Positions 39,770 to 50,933 of a stretch of 64,000 nt of DNA are shown here, in pieces. The stretch's first letter is position 1. Each line of letters begins with the position of its first letter. This stretch comes from Camelus ferus (taxonomy: Eukaryota). The stretch is from positions 1,240,001 to 1,304,000 of the forward strand of contig NC_045696.1 in assembly GCF_009834535.1 (NCBI RefSeq), given 5' to 3'. Position numbers and translations under genes: made by a program. The notes under the pieces were generated by a model that did not search any database, was not told where the DNA came from, and saw only the letters and a list, made by a program, of their open reading frames with translations.

Positions 39770-40110
39770 TCATCCAGACAACCAAAAATCTACTTCCCCT
39801 TGCATACGTTTGGTCTTCTGCTGGGGTTCTTGCCTCACAGCTCTTAGAACTCCTGGAACTTCCTAAGTGAAGGACCCGTGAAGGTGTCTTTTGCTGCCTG
39901 AACGAGGCGGATTTCATCACTCGCCTGCGGGTAGGGTCTGGTTGTCTGTGGAGCCACCGTGTGAGACCAGAGGCTGGCACTCTCAGCCGCACCCCACCGG
40001 CACCAGGGGAGGGGCTGGAGGTGGCGCTCTGACGCCAACGGCCGATGATTTTCACCCACGGGGCCTCTGTAATGAGGCTTCCGTGGAAACCCAGAAGCAC
40101 AGGCCCACAG
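39770..40110 (+). mobile_element. MER21-like LTR fragment
   Basis: ...CCTGGAACTTCCTAAGTGA...GGGGAGGGGCTGGAGGT...GTAATGAGGCTTCCGTGGAAACCC resembles the MER21 consensus (recalled). Confidence 0.55.
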
Positions 40111-40222
40111 AGGCCCGCCTGTATGCCCTCAAGGTGGCCCTGAAGCACCTGTCTCGAAGGTCGATCCTTCACAGAACCCGAGGAAGCACGGGGGCGGGGG
40201 CGGCGCACGGCCAGGGCCTTAC

Positions 40223-40391
40223 CGGGCCATCTTGTCGCTGCAGGACATGGTGAGCAGCCTCTCCCCCTGCAGCACCCCGTCCCACGTCTGGATGCCCGCG
40301 TTCGAGCGGACCGGGATCGTCCCCTCGCCGGACTCTATCTTTGTCCGTAGCTGCCCTCTGGCTTTCCGATTCGGATGTCTGTCTGCTGGTT
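40223..40391 (-). CDS. ADARB1: ADAR2 coding exon 6 with the base-flipping GEG loop and SCSDK motif
   Basis: CTTGCAG|AACCA ... GCCCG|GTAAGG; 169 nt; [13 protein letters not shown]...[12 protein letters not shown]. Confidence 0.98.
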
Positions 40392-41421
40392 CTGCAAGAG
40401 ACACATGGGGTGAGAGACTCCGCCACAGCCGCCGTCGCTCACCTCACTGAGAAGCACGTCTAACAACGCCCGCCAATCACACACCCCTGTGTGCACGCCT
40501 ACCCTGTGTGCACAGAAGACACGCGTTGCCATCTGAGAACACAAAACTGAACAGGACGATGCAACACACAGCAAGCCGGGAAAGGGGCCCCTCAGGGGCT
40601 GGGGAAGGACGGCTTCCATCTCACCCGAACGATTTGTGTCTATCACTGAAGGTGAGCTGAGCACACAGGACAAAATGCCAGCCGTTGCTCGCTCTGCGCG
40701 ATGGACGTGCGGGGATTTGCCGTGTTTCTTCCCCGTACAGTTAAGTTTCCAGCAATACGTCTATGGGGCGGCAGAAGTGAACCCACGGGACGCGTTCACA
40801 AACACCCAGAGCCATTATCTCTGGGTTACGCGAATACGGGGTGAGTTAAATTTCCCTTCTTATGTTTTAAAAATGTCTAGCCATTTGCTAAGTGGGTATG
40901 CATTGCTTTTATAATCAAGAAAAATAATGAAATCAGACGTTCTTTTTGGAATAAATAATGCTTGCGCTTGTGGGAAGGGCTGTGGGTGCAAACAGCCATC
41001 AAACAAAAGCCCCGACAGGAATGGGAGCAGAGCAGGGCGGAGGGCAGCGTGCTGGCCCCTCCCGGTCGGCCTGCTGCGGAAGGCCAGGCCCGCAGCCGCA
41101 CACGCACTCACAGCTCATCAGAGACAGAAGGGGGACACTTGCTCCCAGCTCAGAGACCTGCGTCGCCCACGTTTAAACAGTGAAAACAATTTTGGTCCAA
41201 TATTCTCGAGTCTAGCCTAACTTCCTAATTTATCAGAATCTGCATTCTCAGTCATTAACAGTTTCTAACTGAATTGCTGGCAAGAAAAACCTCCTGTTTT
41301 TATACATTCTGATCAGATCCACATTCAAGGTGGGCATCTCCACAAAGAAAGGGCACTGATGGTGGTCGCTCTGCCCGCATGGTCCTCTGGGGGAGCACCG
41401 GCCGCCAGAAGCCGAGCCCAC

Positions 41422-41570
41422 CTTCGAGAAGCGGCTCGTGCGGCGAGAAGATCCGGGCGTCGCCGCAGGGGGAGGTGCTGATGTACAGGTGGAACTGGAC
41501 GCTGTCCTTCAGCCTGAAGCCTCCACGCTCCGACCTCTGAAAGATGGATCTTTTTTGATCATCTTTGTTA
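41422..41570 (-). CDS. ADARB1: ADAR2 coding exon 5 with the zinc-ligand PCGDA motif
   Basis: CCTTTCAG|TAACAAA ... GAAG|GTGGGC; 149 nt; FHLYISTSPCGDARIFSPHE. Confidence 0.98.
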
Positions 41571-41957
41571 CTGAAAGGAAACAAGTTGCAAAAATAAACC
41601 TCAAAGCTGTTGACAACGAAAGTTTAGCCTAGCACAGCTCACAGTGACTTTCAGAGGCCAGTGTTAAAATGGGGGGTTTCAGCCTGAACTGGGCTCTTTA
41701 TTTTATATGTTAACAAGCAACACGGCTCCTGTCTGCTCACTGACAGGACGCGCCATCAGCACGCGAGCGACCGTTCCCTCTGCTCGTCCACGGCTGCCGG
41801 CCACGAAGATGACACAAAAGAAACGGCTCGTGGGGAAAAGCGGCTCCGGCACGGTGACCAGCACAGAACTGACACCCCCACTGGCAGCTCAGTTCCAGCC
41901 ATGCTCACGCCGCACAGAACACGAGCTCCGAACCCAGAGGCGACACCCGTGACTACG

Positions 41958-42090
41958 TGACATGCATGCACACGTGCATATGTGCATGCAGGTGTGTGTG
42001 TGAGTGCACGTGTGCATGTGTGCTGCCTGCGTGTGAGTACGTGTGTGTGCACATGTACACGCGTGCACACTTGTGTTACGTGTGTGCTGT
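41958..42090. repeat. Alternating purine-pyrimidine (GT/GC/AC) simple repeat
   Basis: CATGCATGCACACGTGCATATGTGCATGCA...GTGTGTGCACATGTACACGCGTGCACAC. Confidence 0.85.
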
Positions 42091-42271
42091 AATTTAGTCA
42101 ACCCTAGTCTGTAGCTTGAGCATCGTGAGGAAATCGTTACCTAAAACGTTACTATTTTGAGACTTTTTCCATGATTACAGAAACGATGAAAAGTTTGCAG
42201 TACATTCTGACAGAAGGAAAATGCATTTCTTGAGAAACAGCTTCCTGGACGCATTCACCTGCTACACTTAC

Positions 42272-42440
42272 TTTAAGTAAAGCTCCAGCTGCGTGTAGAG
42301 AAACCGAAGCAGGGCCCTCCGCGATATGATCTCCGCGTGGCAGTCATTCAGCGCCAGGCCCCGGTCGCTCATGTACTCGCCGTTAACACACTTCGTCCCT
42401 GTGGAGACACTTATCACCTTGGCATCCTTGACGTCCGTGC
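42272..42440 (-). CDS. ADARB1: ADAR2 coding exon 4 with the catalytic CHAE motif
   Basis: TTTCCAG|GCACG ... TTAAA|GTAAGT; 169 nt; [29 protein letters not shown]. Confidence 0.99.
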
Positions 42441-44281
42441 CTGGAAACAGGAGAGAAGTCATGCTTCGGGGGCCCGAGCCTCAGGGCAGGATGCGCACCC
42501 TCGCGGACTGGGGGTGCGGCGCAGGGGCAGGCGGCAGCATCCTCGCGCAGCCGCTGACCCCTCCCGGCCGCCACGACGGCCTCCCGCTGAGCACGTGCTC
42601 TGCCACATTTCTGGAAGCTACCCCTCCTGACTCTTTAGTGTAAAGATTCTAAACTTAAGAAAGGAGCCTCCTCTGAAACGCAAGCCTTTCTGTGCACAGT
42701 CCCCCCGGACACGGGTGGGGAGCTCCGTGGAGAGGTGGACAGGCTGGCCGTGACCGACCTCGAAACTACCAAGGCACCAAGGGGGCCGGAGGACGGGCCC
42801 AGGGTAACTCAGGTGTTGCTCAGGGGCCTCTCACCATTTAGCTGCACTGGGAGGCCCACCAGCACTGGGGGGCTTCCGGGGAGCGACCCCCCTGACAGTC
42901 AGGGGTCCACAGGCCACACACAGGCCCTGCGGCTACAGGGCGGTGACCGCGCAGCCCGCTGGGCAGGATTTCACTCAGCCCCAGCGTCCTCCCTCTGAGG
43001 CCCGTTCCCCTCCTGTCTCTGCGCATGAGGGAACTGTGGCATAGGGCGGTCACAGTCCATTCTGGGACTGGAACCAGGCCGCCTGACGCCACGCCAAGTA
43101 CTTCAGGTGTAAATCGTGGCTCTGAGCAGATGGTCCCAAGTGAGACACACCCTGCGGTGCATCGTGCCCCCCGACGTGAGGTGCCCCTTCTGAGGCTGTC
43201 AAACCCTAATGAAAACAGTCTGCTGGAGGGGCGCAGGCCCTCGCCCGGGAACGACAGTCCTGCCTGTGCAAGCGGTCACGGCGTAGGAGGCAGAGCGCAC
43301 AAGGGAACCCAGGCAGTGGACATCGGAACACAAACGGGCCCCACTGAGGCTCAGAGCGCCCCACCCCGCCCGTGACATGCTCTAGCTGTGCCGGAGCACA
43401 GATGGGCAGGGCGAGCACGCGGCGGCCGTGTCCCAGGGCCTCGGGGATGCACTGAGTGTCACAGAGCCACTCCCGTCACAGTCAGACAGGTGAGCGCACC
43501 TCAGGGAAAGGACAAGGCAGCCACCTACATGGAGAGCTGGGCCCCTGGCCAGCGGGTGTAGACAGAGCAGCCACTCCTGGAGCCCGCCCTCTAGCCTCTT
43601 GGGCGGCTTCCTGTGCGCGGCCGTCCAGGCTCGGCCAGCGGGGCCGAGTGGATGCTCCAGGAAGAGAGGCCCCGCGTGACGGCCCAGACTCAGCCCCCAC
43701 GGTGATGGGGGGCCTGCCCGCCCCAGGATCCAGGCACCCGCCATGGCTGTGGGTCCCGTTCGTTGGACCGACCCACGGGGCACTGCTCAGACAGCTGGCT
43801 CCTGGGAAGTGGGGCGGGGACGCAGGAGGGTTCCTTTGCTGCTGGGATCTTTGGGCAAGCGTTAACAGGGCTTCTGCCATCCCAAAGCATGTTTTCCCGA
43901 TTTTCTGCTCTTGCTAGAGGGCCCTCCCTTCCCCACCCAAGCCACCCGGGAGCCGTTCTGGCAGCGTCAGCATCACTGGCAAACCCGCCATGTCCTACTC
44001 TCAAATGAGGCAAGAGCCAAGGGGCCTCCTGCAGTTTTCCAGAGCAGATCAAGACCACTCCCAGAAGATCGCAGGACTCATATTAACACACAGTGCTTTC
44101 TCCAAGTGGGAAAGCTTAGGTTAGAGAGACGAACTTTGAGGAAAACACGTAAGAGCACGCGGCGGGCACTCCGAAGGAGGGCAGATGCGCTGCCCGCCGG
44201 GTCCCAGGGCTGTTCCAGGCTGAGGCGATTCCCCTGCTGAGCGTGAGGGCAGGCGCGCAGACGCACCACCAGCACAGTTAC

Positions 44282-44396
44282 CTGTCGTCATGACGATTCC
44301 AGCAAGGACTTTCCTGCGTGCGTGAGGGGAGGAGAAGTTGTCCGTCAGGTCCCCAAACTTATCCAGAACCAGGCGGGCCACGGCGTCGGCTAACAC
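44282..44396 (-). CDS. ADARB1: ADAR2 coding exon 3 (VLADAVARLVLDKFGDLTDNFSSPHARRKVLAGIVMTT)
   Basis: CCTCAG|GTGTTA ... ACAG|GTAACT; 115 nt; start of the deaminase domain. Confidence 0.98.
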
Positions 44397-47300
44397 CTGA
44401 GGACCAAGCAGGGGGTTAGCGCTCCCTTCAGGGCCACGTTCCCTGGCCTGACACCGGAAACCACGCAGGAGCGTCGGGCAAACAAGCATGTGTGTGTGTG
44501 TGTGGGGGGGTGAGGATGTGTATGAGGGTGTGGGTGGGTGTGAGGGGGTGTGGGGTTGTGCCCGTGTTTCTCCTCCCAAACACTCCTTGCAAACAGACAC
44601 CTGAGGGGTGGGCGAGGGTCCCTGCAGAGGGGCCAGTCCAGAGCCCGGGCCATGGGAGCCAGGCCCCGTGCAGGGGAAGCGCCCTCACACCAGCCCGGCC
44701 CTTGGCGACAGCGCCTTCCTGGTCACCTGCCTCCAGCCCCCTGCTGCTCTGAGTCGGGGCGAGAGCCCTGGGGCCACACTCCCTGAGCAACGGGGCTTCA
44801 GGAGGACGTGACACCACAGGAGGTGCTGCCCGGCCAGCTCAGGGCTGGCCCGACGGGGAGCTTGTCTTCCCAGTGACACCACAGGCAGAGAAAGGGGCGG
44901 CCAGAAGAGTGATCACATTAGTCACCAGGCTCACAGCACCTGCCTCCCAAAGGGGCCCTTTCCATGTGTCCCAGTTATTTCAACATCTAAAACTAGTTAC
45001 CTGGCTCGGTCCTCGGAACCAGCACTGTCAGAGCCTGCAGGGCACCTGTCACTTAGATCCAGTGACGTGGGACGTGTGCGCAGAGGCCACACATGTAAAG
45101 GGAGAGTGTAACGGGGCGTCTGGAGCAGCTCAGCTGGCGCCCTGCGGTATGGGCAGAGCTGCTCAGAAGCACACGTGTCTGTCAGCCTCGGACGCGCCCA
45201 CTGCACGGCCTCCGACTCACCTTGGGTATGAGGGCCCAGGGCGCGCGGGGAGGTGATGTCCGAGGGGAGGTGTGTGAGGACCCGCGCCCGCCCTCCCACA
45301 CTGGTCTGGAGAATTTAACGGCCAAACCAAGGGCCCCCTGTGGGGCCTTTAATAAAACCAAGAGAAAAGTCACTCGTCCTAAATGGTGCCTTTTTGGGAA
45401 GAACACAGCTGTCAGGGTGTCCTTCCCCATCACCGCACCAGCAGGTACCAGCGAGCCCCAGCAGTCGGGATGTGGACAGAGACCCGGGGACGGGGCCCGG
45501 GGACCTCACTCTGCACCCAGTGTGAGCCGGGAAGGCGGTGAGCGCGCAGGCAGAGGACGGGCATGTGGCAGCACGATGGTGAGGGTACCGGAGAGGGGAC
45601 GCAGCCTTCCAGTCGACAGAGAAGTAGAAACAGCAAGAGGTGAAGGGAAAGCAGAGGAAACAGGTGTCTGCTCCACACAAGCTTAGACGTGGCTCCGAAT
45701 TCCCAGGGAAGAGCAGCCGAGCTCAGCCCGAGTCGGACCCTCCGCTGGGGTGGAGCCTGCGCTGATGGGCACCCACGGCGTCGGACCACCCTCCCACCCC
45801 GAGGGGGCCGGGCAGGCTCTCCCTGCGGACTTTGGGGCGCAGGGAGCAGCACAAGTCAAACCCGCGCCACCCACAGCCCCTCCCGGCCCGACACGGGTGG
45901 CGGGGGCCCTGGCTCGAGGCTGCACCCTGCATGACGGAGCACCGGGCCACGTCAATCAAATCAAATTCACTGACCCAGTGCTCTGCGCTCACCATGCGGG
46001 CAACATCGTCTGATTTTTAAACCTGCTAAAGCCGCAGTGAACACTAGAAAGGCAAACATCCTAAGACCAGGGACAGGCAAACCACGTCCTCCAAGGGCCC
46101 CCCAGGAAGACAGGAGGACCTTTCACTCACTCTAGGTTGCACCTTTGGAAATCCCCAGTGGGGAGGCAGTGGAGCCCAGAAATAAAGCTGCAAGGCCGGA
46201 TCCTTTGAAGGCCGCCCATGAGTCCTCCAGGGAAAACGTAACCTCACCCCGAGCTACCACGGGGACCCTGGGGGACCTGGGGGCCACTGTGAGCAGAGGG
46301 GGGTGGGGTTCCCTGGACTGCTGAGCTCCAGAAACTGCAGTGCAGCCTGTGGAGCAGGGGCACGTGGCGCTGGGCAGGGAGGAGGCAGCCCTTGCTGGCC
46401 CACACCCTCCCGGTCAGCTGGATTTCAGAAGAGCCCTCCCCAGCCAGCTCCACTCGGCCCCAGGGAAGGAGCCCAGGCGCTGCTCCACAGGGAAGTCACA
46501 GCCAGGCCTGGGAGTGGCCGCCAGCACACATGCGTGCACACGTGTGAGCGCACGCACACATGCACGCACACACACAGACCAGCGCGGCGGTCCCCACCCA
46601 AGACGTGGGGTTCGTGACACTTGGTGTGACTCCAATTGTCTTGCAGACAACTGCTGATGTGAGGGAAGACTCGTCACATCGGACGTTATTCTGAACTCAG
46701 GTTGAAATATGTGGCAAATGGTAAACCCGAGAATAACAAATCACTTGGGAACGAGCGCCACCCGTTTGTAAAATTACAAACGGACTAAGAGTTTCTGGGG
46801 GTAATGTCAACAAGAGGTTAACGGGGGAAGCGGTTATTTGGTTCATAAAAAATCAGTAATATACTTTGAGTATGTTACTTTATACTGATGCTGCATTTGG
46901 CTGCTTTAGGCAAAATAAAATCAATTTCCTTCTGTTCAAACTGAGAACTGTGGGCCATCTGAGGTGACCCCTGCACACAAAGGCCCGAGAGGTTCTGGGC
47001 CCTCCTGAGGGAGGCGGCCCTCCTGCCGGCCGGGCGTCCCATGTACTTTCCGACCAGGCCAGTGTGTATCTCATCTTCAGACTGAGCTATTACTCAGGAA
47101 GGAATGGAGGGTCAGACTGTCTCCCTGAAGGCAGAGTCCTTCAATAGACCAGAATAATTCTGGATTTCAGGGGAAGAGAAGCAACAAGCCGTGGGAGAGT
47201 TCTGGGGTGCTGAAAAGCTCTCTCCTTCCCTCTCCCTCCGAGCCCACCCTGGACAGCCACACCCGCTCCAGGGACCCGCTGGGACCTGCCGTGGGGGCTC

Positions 47301-47748
47301 CAGGTGTGGGCGCCGGGGTGCTCGTGGAGGGCCCTGGTGCCCCTAGCCTTTCTGACACGTGCTCCCCACTGCTGTGGCCCAGCCTCTGCCTGGACAGCCT
47401 CCGGAGCCTCAGTCCTGCTGGGCTCAGTCCCTGACCCAGAGTTGGGTTTCAGCCGCTGCCTGGCCAGCCTCACCCAGCCTGCACCTGGGACTTCACACGA
47501 GGCCCCAAGGGAGGGCACCGCTGAGCTGGGCAAGGTGCCAGGGCCCTGACCGCCCCTCCGGGCCGGGCTGTACCCTGCAGCCTTGGGCGGGCTTCCCAGC
47601 GACCACAGGAGCGGCGCGCTCAAGGAGAGGCCACCGGGCAGCTGGACTTACCAGGAAGCACCTGTGCTGAGGACACAGGAGGAAGGAGGTCAGATCCTGT
47701 CTAAAAGCATTATTGAGACACGCCAGGTTTGCGAGCGGCTTTCCTCAC

Positions 47749-48689
47749 CTGTGGTAAATGTAACTGAAGGCCTTCGCTGGGGATGGGCTGGCGAGACGGG
47801 GTCTGGTCCAAGTGCAAGTTAAAGACAGTCGCCAGGGCAGACTGCGCGGCCCGGGCCTTGGCCAGCTTTTTGTTCCTCCCCGAGCCCTCGAAGAACTGAC
47901 CGTCCACCACCACGGACATGACAAAGTTCTTGGCGTGGCTCTCCCCGCTCTCCGACAGGAAGTCGTACTTCAGTCCCGGGCGCAGCTCGTTCAAGATCAT
48001 CACGGGGTTCTTCCCGCTCGGGGGTGGGAAGGGCGGGGGTATGGGCAGCGGGGGCTGGGCCAGGCCGGCGGGCACGGGGGACGCGGACAGGCTGAGGTCC
48101 CCGCTGGAGCTGAAGGAGTCGTCGCCGTTGGAGCCCAGGTAGAAGGGCGCGTCCGACCTGTCCGGGGTCTCGAAGCCGTTGAAGAGGGCGTCGGGGAAGT
48201 CGGCCTGGTCGGACGTGAAGTCCGTGTTGGCAGACAGGGTCCGGCCCATGGCCAGGTGGGCCTCGGAGGCGTTGGGGAACTGCACAAAGGACCGCAGCGC
48301 CTTCTCGGCCGCGTGCAGCTTGGCCTTCTTCTTGGTGGGGCCGGAGCCCTCGAACACCTGTCCGTTGACCTCGACGGACATGACGAACAGGGGCGCGTGC
48401 ACGGGCCCCGTCTGCGACAGCAGCGTGTACTGCAGGCCGGGCTTGATCTCGTTGAGCTGCATCAGCGCGTTCTTGGGCAGCGCCGGCCCTGGCGCCCTCC
48501 TCCGCTTCTTCAGGCGGAACTTGGCGTGGCCGTTGCTGCCCTCCTCCAGGGGCCGCTTCCTGCCGCCGCCCCCGCCGCCCCCGCCGCCCCCGTTGGAGAG
48601 AGGGGCACCCTCGCCCGGCCCCGGGGCGCTGCCGTCCGCGGGGGGCGCGCCGTCCAGACCGCAGTTTTCCTTAACATCTGTGCTCGAAC
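47749..48689 (-). CDS. ADARB1: ADAR2 coding exon 2: N-terminal basic/NLS region, dsRBD1 and dsRBD2
   Basis: Acceptor CACCGCAG|GTTCG, donor CCACAG|GTGAGG, 941 nt. Encodes [10 protein letters not shown]...[16 protein letters not shown] and [10 protein letters not shown]...[16 protein letters not shown] (KKxAK motifs). Confidence 0.99.
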
Positions 48690-48738
48690 CTGCGGTGCCC
48701 AGAAAGAGTAACTTACAACGCCTTCGTTGCAGGATCTT
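48690..48738 (-). promoter_or_regulatory. ADARB1: Editing-created proximal 3' splice acceptor (AA to AI; edited A at 48737) plus the 47-nt cassette 48690-48736
   Basis: TTTTGCATTTACAA|GATCCTGCAACGAAGGCGTTGTAAGTTACTCTTTCTGGGCACCGCAG|: exactly 47 nt between the AA and the normal acceptor, the established ADAR2 self-editing arrangement. Confidence 0.95.
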
Positions 48739-50170
48739 GTAAATGCAAAATTTATAGATTCCTTCATCTGTCTTTGTAACTGGTCAAGTGATGTGTGCTC
48801 ATGCACTCCCCCCGGCGGCCACTCCCCCCAGAAGCCAGCTAAGCTGAAAGGAGGAAGCTGATGTCTTGCTAAACAGTGCCTAACGCTGGCTCTGTTGAGT
48901 GTCGCCAACTGCTTTTGCATTAAAAGATGGATTTTTAAATGATCTTTTTCTATGAGAATATTCAGAAGCATCTAGAGACTTTATGCCAGTTTATCAAAAT
49001 GTGGGATAATAAATTGATCCCGAAACCCTGCATTAGTAAGTCTAGCATCAGTGCTGATACACGTGCGCTTTCCTTTCGCATTTCCCTCCTTTGCGAAGCC
49101 CTTTTCTCTCAGACTGTACTCACACGGGGCTTTCCACTACAGCACGCCCCAGAAAAGAAACAACATCTAAAACATGCATTCACAAGCTAATGTCTTTCTC
49201 TGGTTTAAAATATTCAATCAGCATGTGCAGTTATTTGATTTAGTTCATGGATCAATCTTAGAAAACTGCTTATGTGATTATGTAAAGTGTTCTGGCCTTT
49301 TAGAAGCTACTTTTGAAGGATCTAGCTTCACTTCTAGTGAAGTGAACTTTCTCACTTAGGATTTTTTCATTATGTATGGGGGTTGACTCACCTCCGAATA
49401 GTTAATACACTCCACGATAGAAAAAATACAGAAGACACGAAAACTGGAGTGTTTAGGACTTCCTAACTTTCTGACTACAGCTGGCAATTTTGTCTTTTGA
49501 AGGGTATTTGTTTTTTACAATCAATAAAGATAATTTCAGAACTCTGAAAGTTCATGGCAAAATAAGTATGATTTTAATTTCAAAAACTTAACTCCTTTAA
49601 GTTTATCAAACTTTTAAAAAAAGGAACGAATTCCTTGCCTCTGGTTAGTCCGCGTGGGGGGCCGTCTGCCCGTGAGCGCGGGGGCACGGATCCCGGACCT
49701 CACAATGTTGCTGATGTGAAAGTATTTAAAGACCTGGCTTTCAAAAATCCGCAGTAAATCTTTAATCAACCAAAATATTTTTTACAATTGTAGACTAATT
49801 TACAAGTTACCACCACCATGTGGTGGCTCTAGGGTCTACTTCTACTGCAGAAATAAAAGAAGATTCTCTCTCATCAAGTGAAGGAAACTGGAACACTTTG
49901 GTGAAAATGCTCGTCAGCTGTACCCAGGGGAGGGCGGGCTTAACGCGACAGGAAGCCTGTCAGGGCCATCAGCTGCCCAGGCCCAGGGCTGGTTAAAGTG
50001 CCCTGGCTTCCAGGGCTGTCGCTGCTCAGCTGAGAGGCACAGAAAAACCCTGGGCCAAGCACCCACCATGGGAAAGCTGAGTCCACGCTGCATCAGAGAC
50101 TAGGAGACTGACAAGCTTTCTCTGCGGACTTCGTTCCTCCCCAGCCCTCCTGACACACACACCACTTCTC

Positions 50171-50259
50171 CCAGTTGACAAAGCTGATGGAATGGACACT
50201 AAATTTTCATTTATAACATCCTCCAGCAAAAGCTCAATAGGTTACTCCTTTCGGTGCTC
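50171..50259 (-). promoter_or_regulatory. ADARB1: Editing-complementary sequence (ECS) pairing with ~48695-48783
   Basis: The plus strand here (CCAGTTGACAAAG...TAAATTTTCATTTATAACATCCT...GGTTACTCCTTTC) mirrors the minus strand at the acceptor (CCAGTTACAAAG...TAAATTTTGCATTTACAAGATCCT...AGTTACTCTTTC), forming an imperfect inverted repeat with a ~1.39-kb loop. Confidence 0.93.
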
Positions 50260-50794
50260 AAAGGAAACAAAAAGTTAAAAAGGGCAGAGCAAGACAGAAT
50301 TTAGATTAGCAAACAAGCAGGAACACCACGCACTAGACGAGAGCTCATGTCCCGATGTCGCTGAAACATCGGCAGCGGAAAGCGCATCGCTGTAAGTATG
50401 TTCTGACGTGCATTTAATCAAATGTTTGTAATCCCTGAAACACATGCTTTCCTTTAAGTAAAAATAATCAGCACTGACTGACAAAGGATCTTGAGATTAT
50501 AGAGAAATACACTTTCTATTATGCACAGTTCACATGAATTCCAAGTTCTTATTTGCTCCAGAAGCTCACATTCTACCTTATTTAAATGCTTCTATGCCAA
50601 GGAAGATAAAATACAGAACTGGACAAAGACACCCCACCATCACAGCTCTTCTTAAGCAGGAGCCTTCTCCTCACAGACCACGCTAATTTACTTCACAGAT
50701 GCGGATATTAACCACGACAAAATATTTCATTGCTTTCAAAATGAGAAGATACAGGCCAGGCATTTCAGCTGCAGCCCTGGAACCAGCAGCTTAC

Positions 50795-50933
50795 CTTTCC
50801 AGAAACCTCATGCGGAAGGATTCTCTACCGAGGTCACTTACCAGCAGGTCGCCCTGGAGATGGTTACACCATCTGCACACCGTGAAGCTTCCACCCAGAC
50901 CATGACCCCCACCACGGACAGCAGCCCACAGGC
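50795..50933 (-). other. Candidate cassette exon in intron 1 with two donors (92 nt ending 50842; 139 nt ending 50795)
   Basis: Acceptor CTCCTCCTTTCTGTCAG|GCC; donors CTG|GTAAGT and AAG|GTAAGC. No transcript evidence is available. Confidence 0.5.

Noticed and set aside
47812..48742. 299-aa and 187-aa plus-strand ORFs
   Set aside because: Antisense shadows of the GC-rich ADAR2 exon 2.
48510..48971. 153-aa minus-strand ORF as a separate gene
   Set aside because: Its C-terminal half is the frameshifted product of the +47 isoform; the rest is intron.
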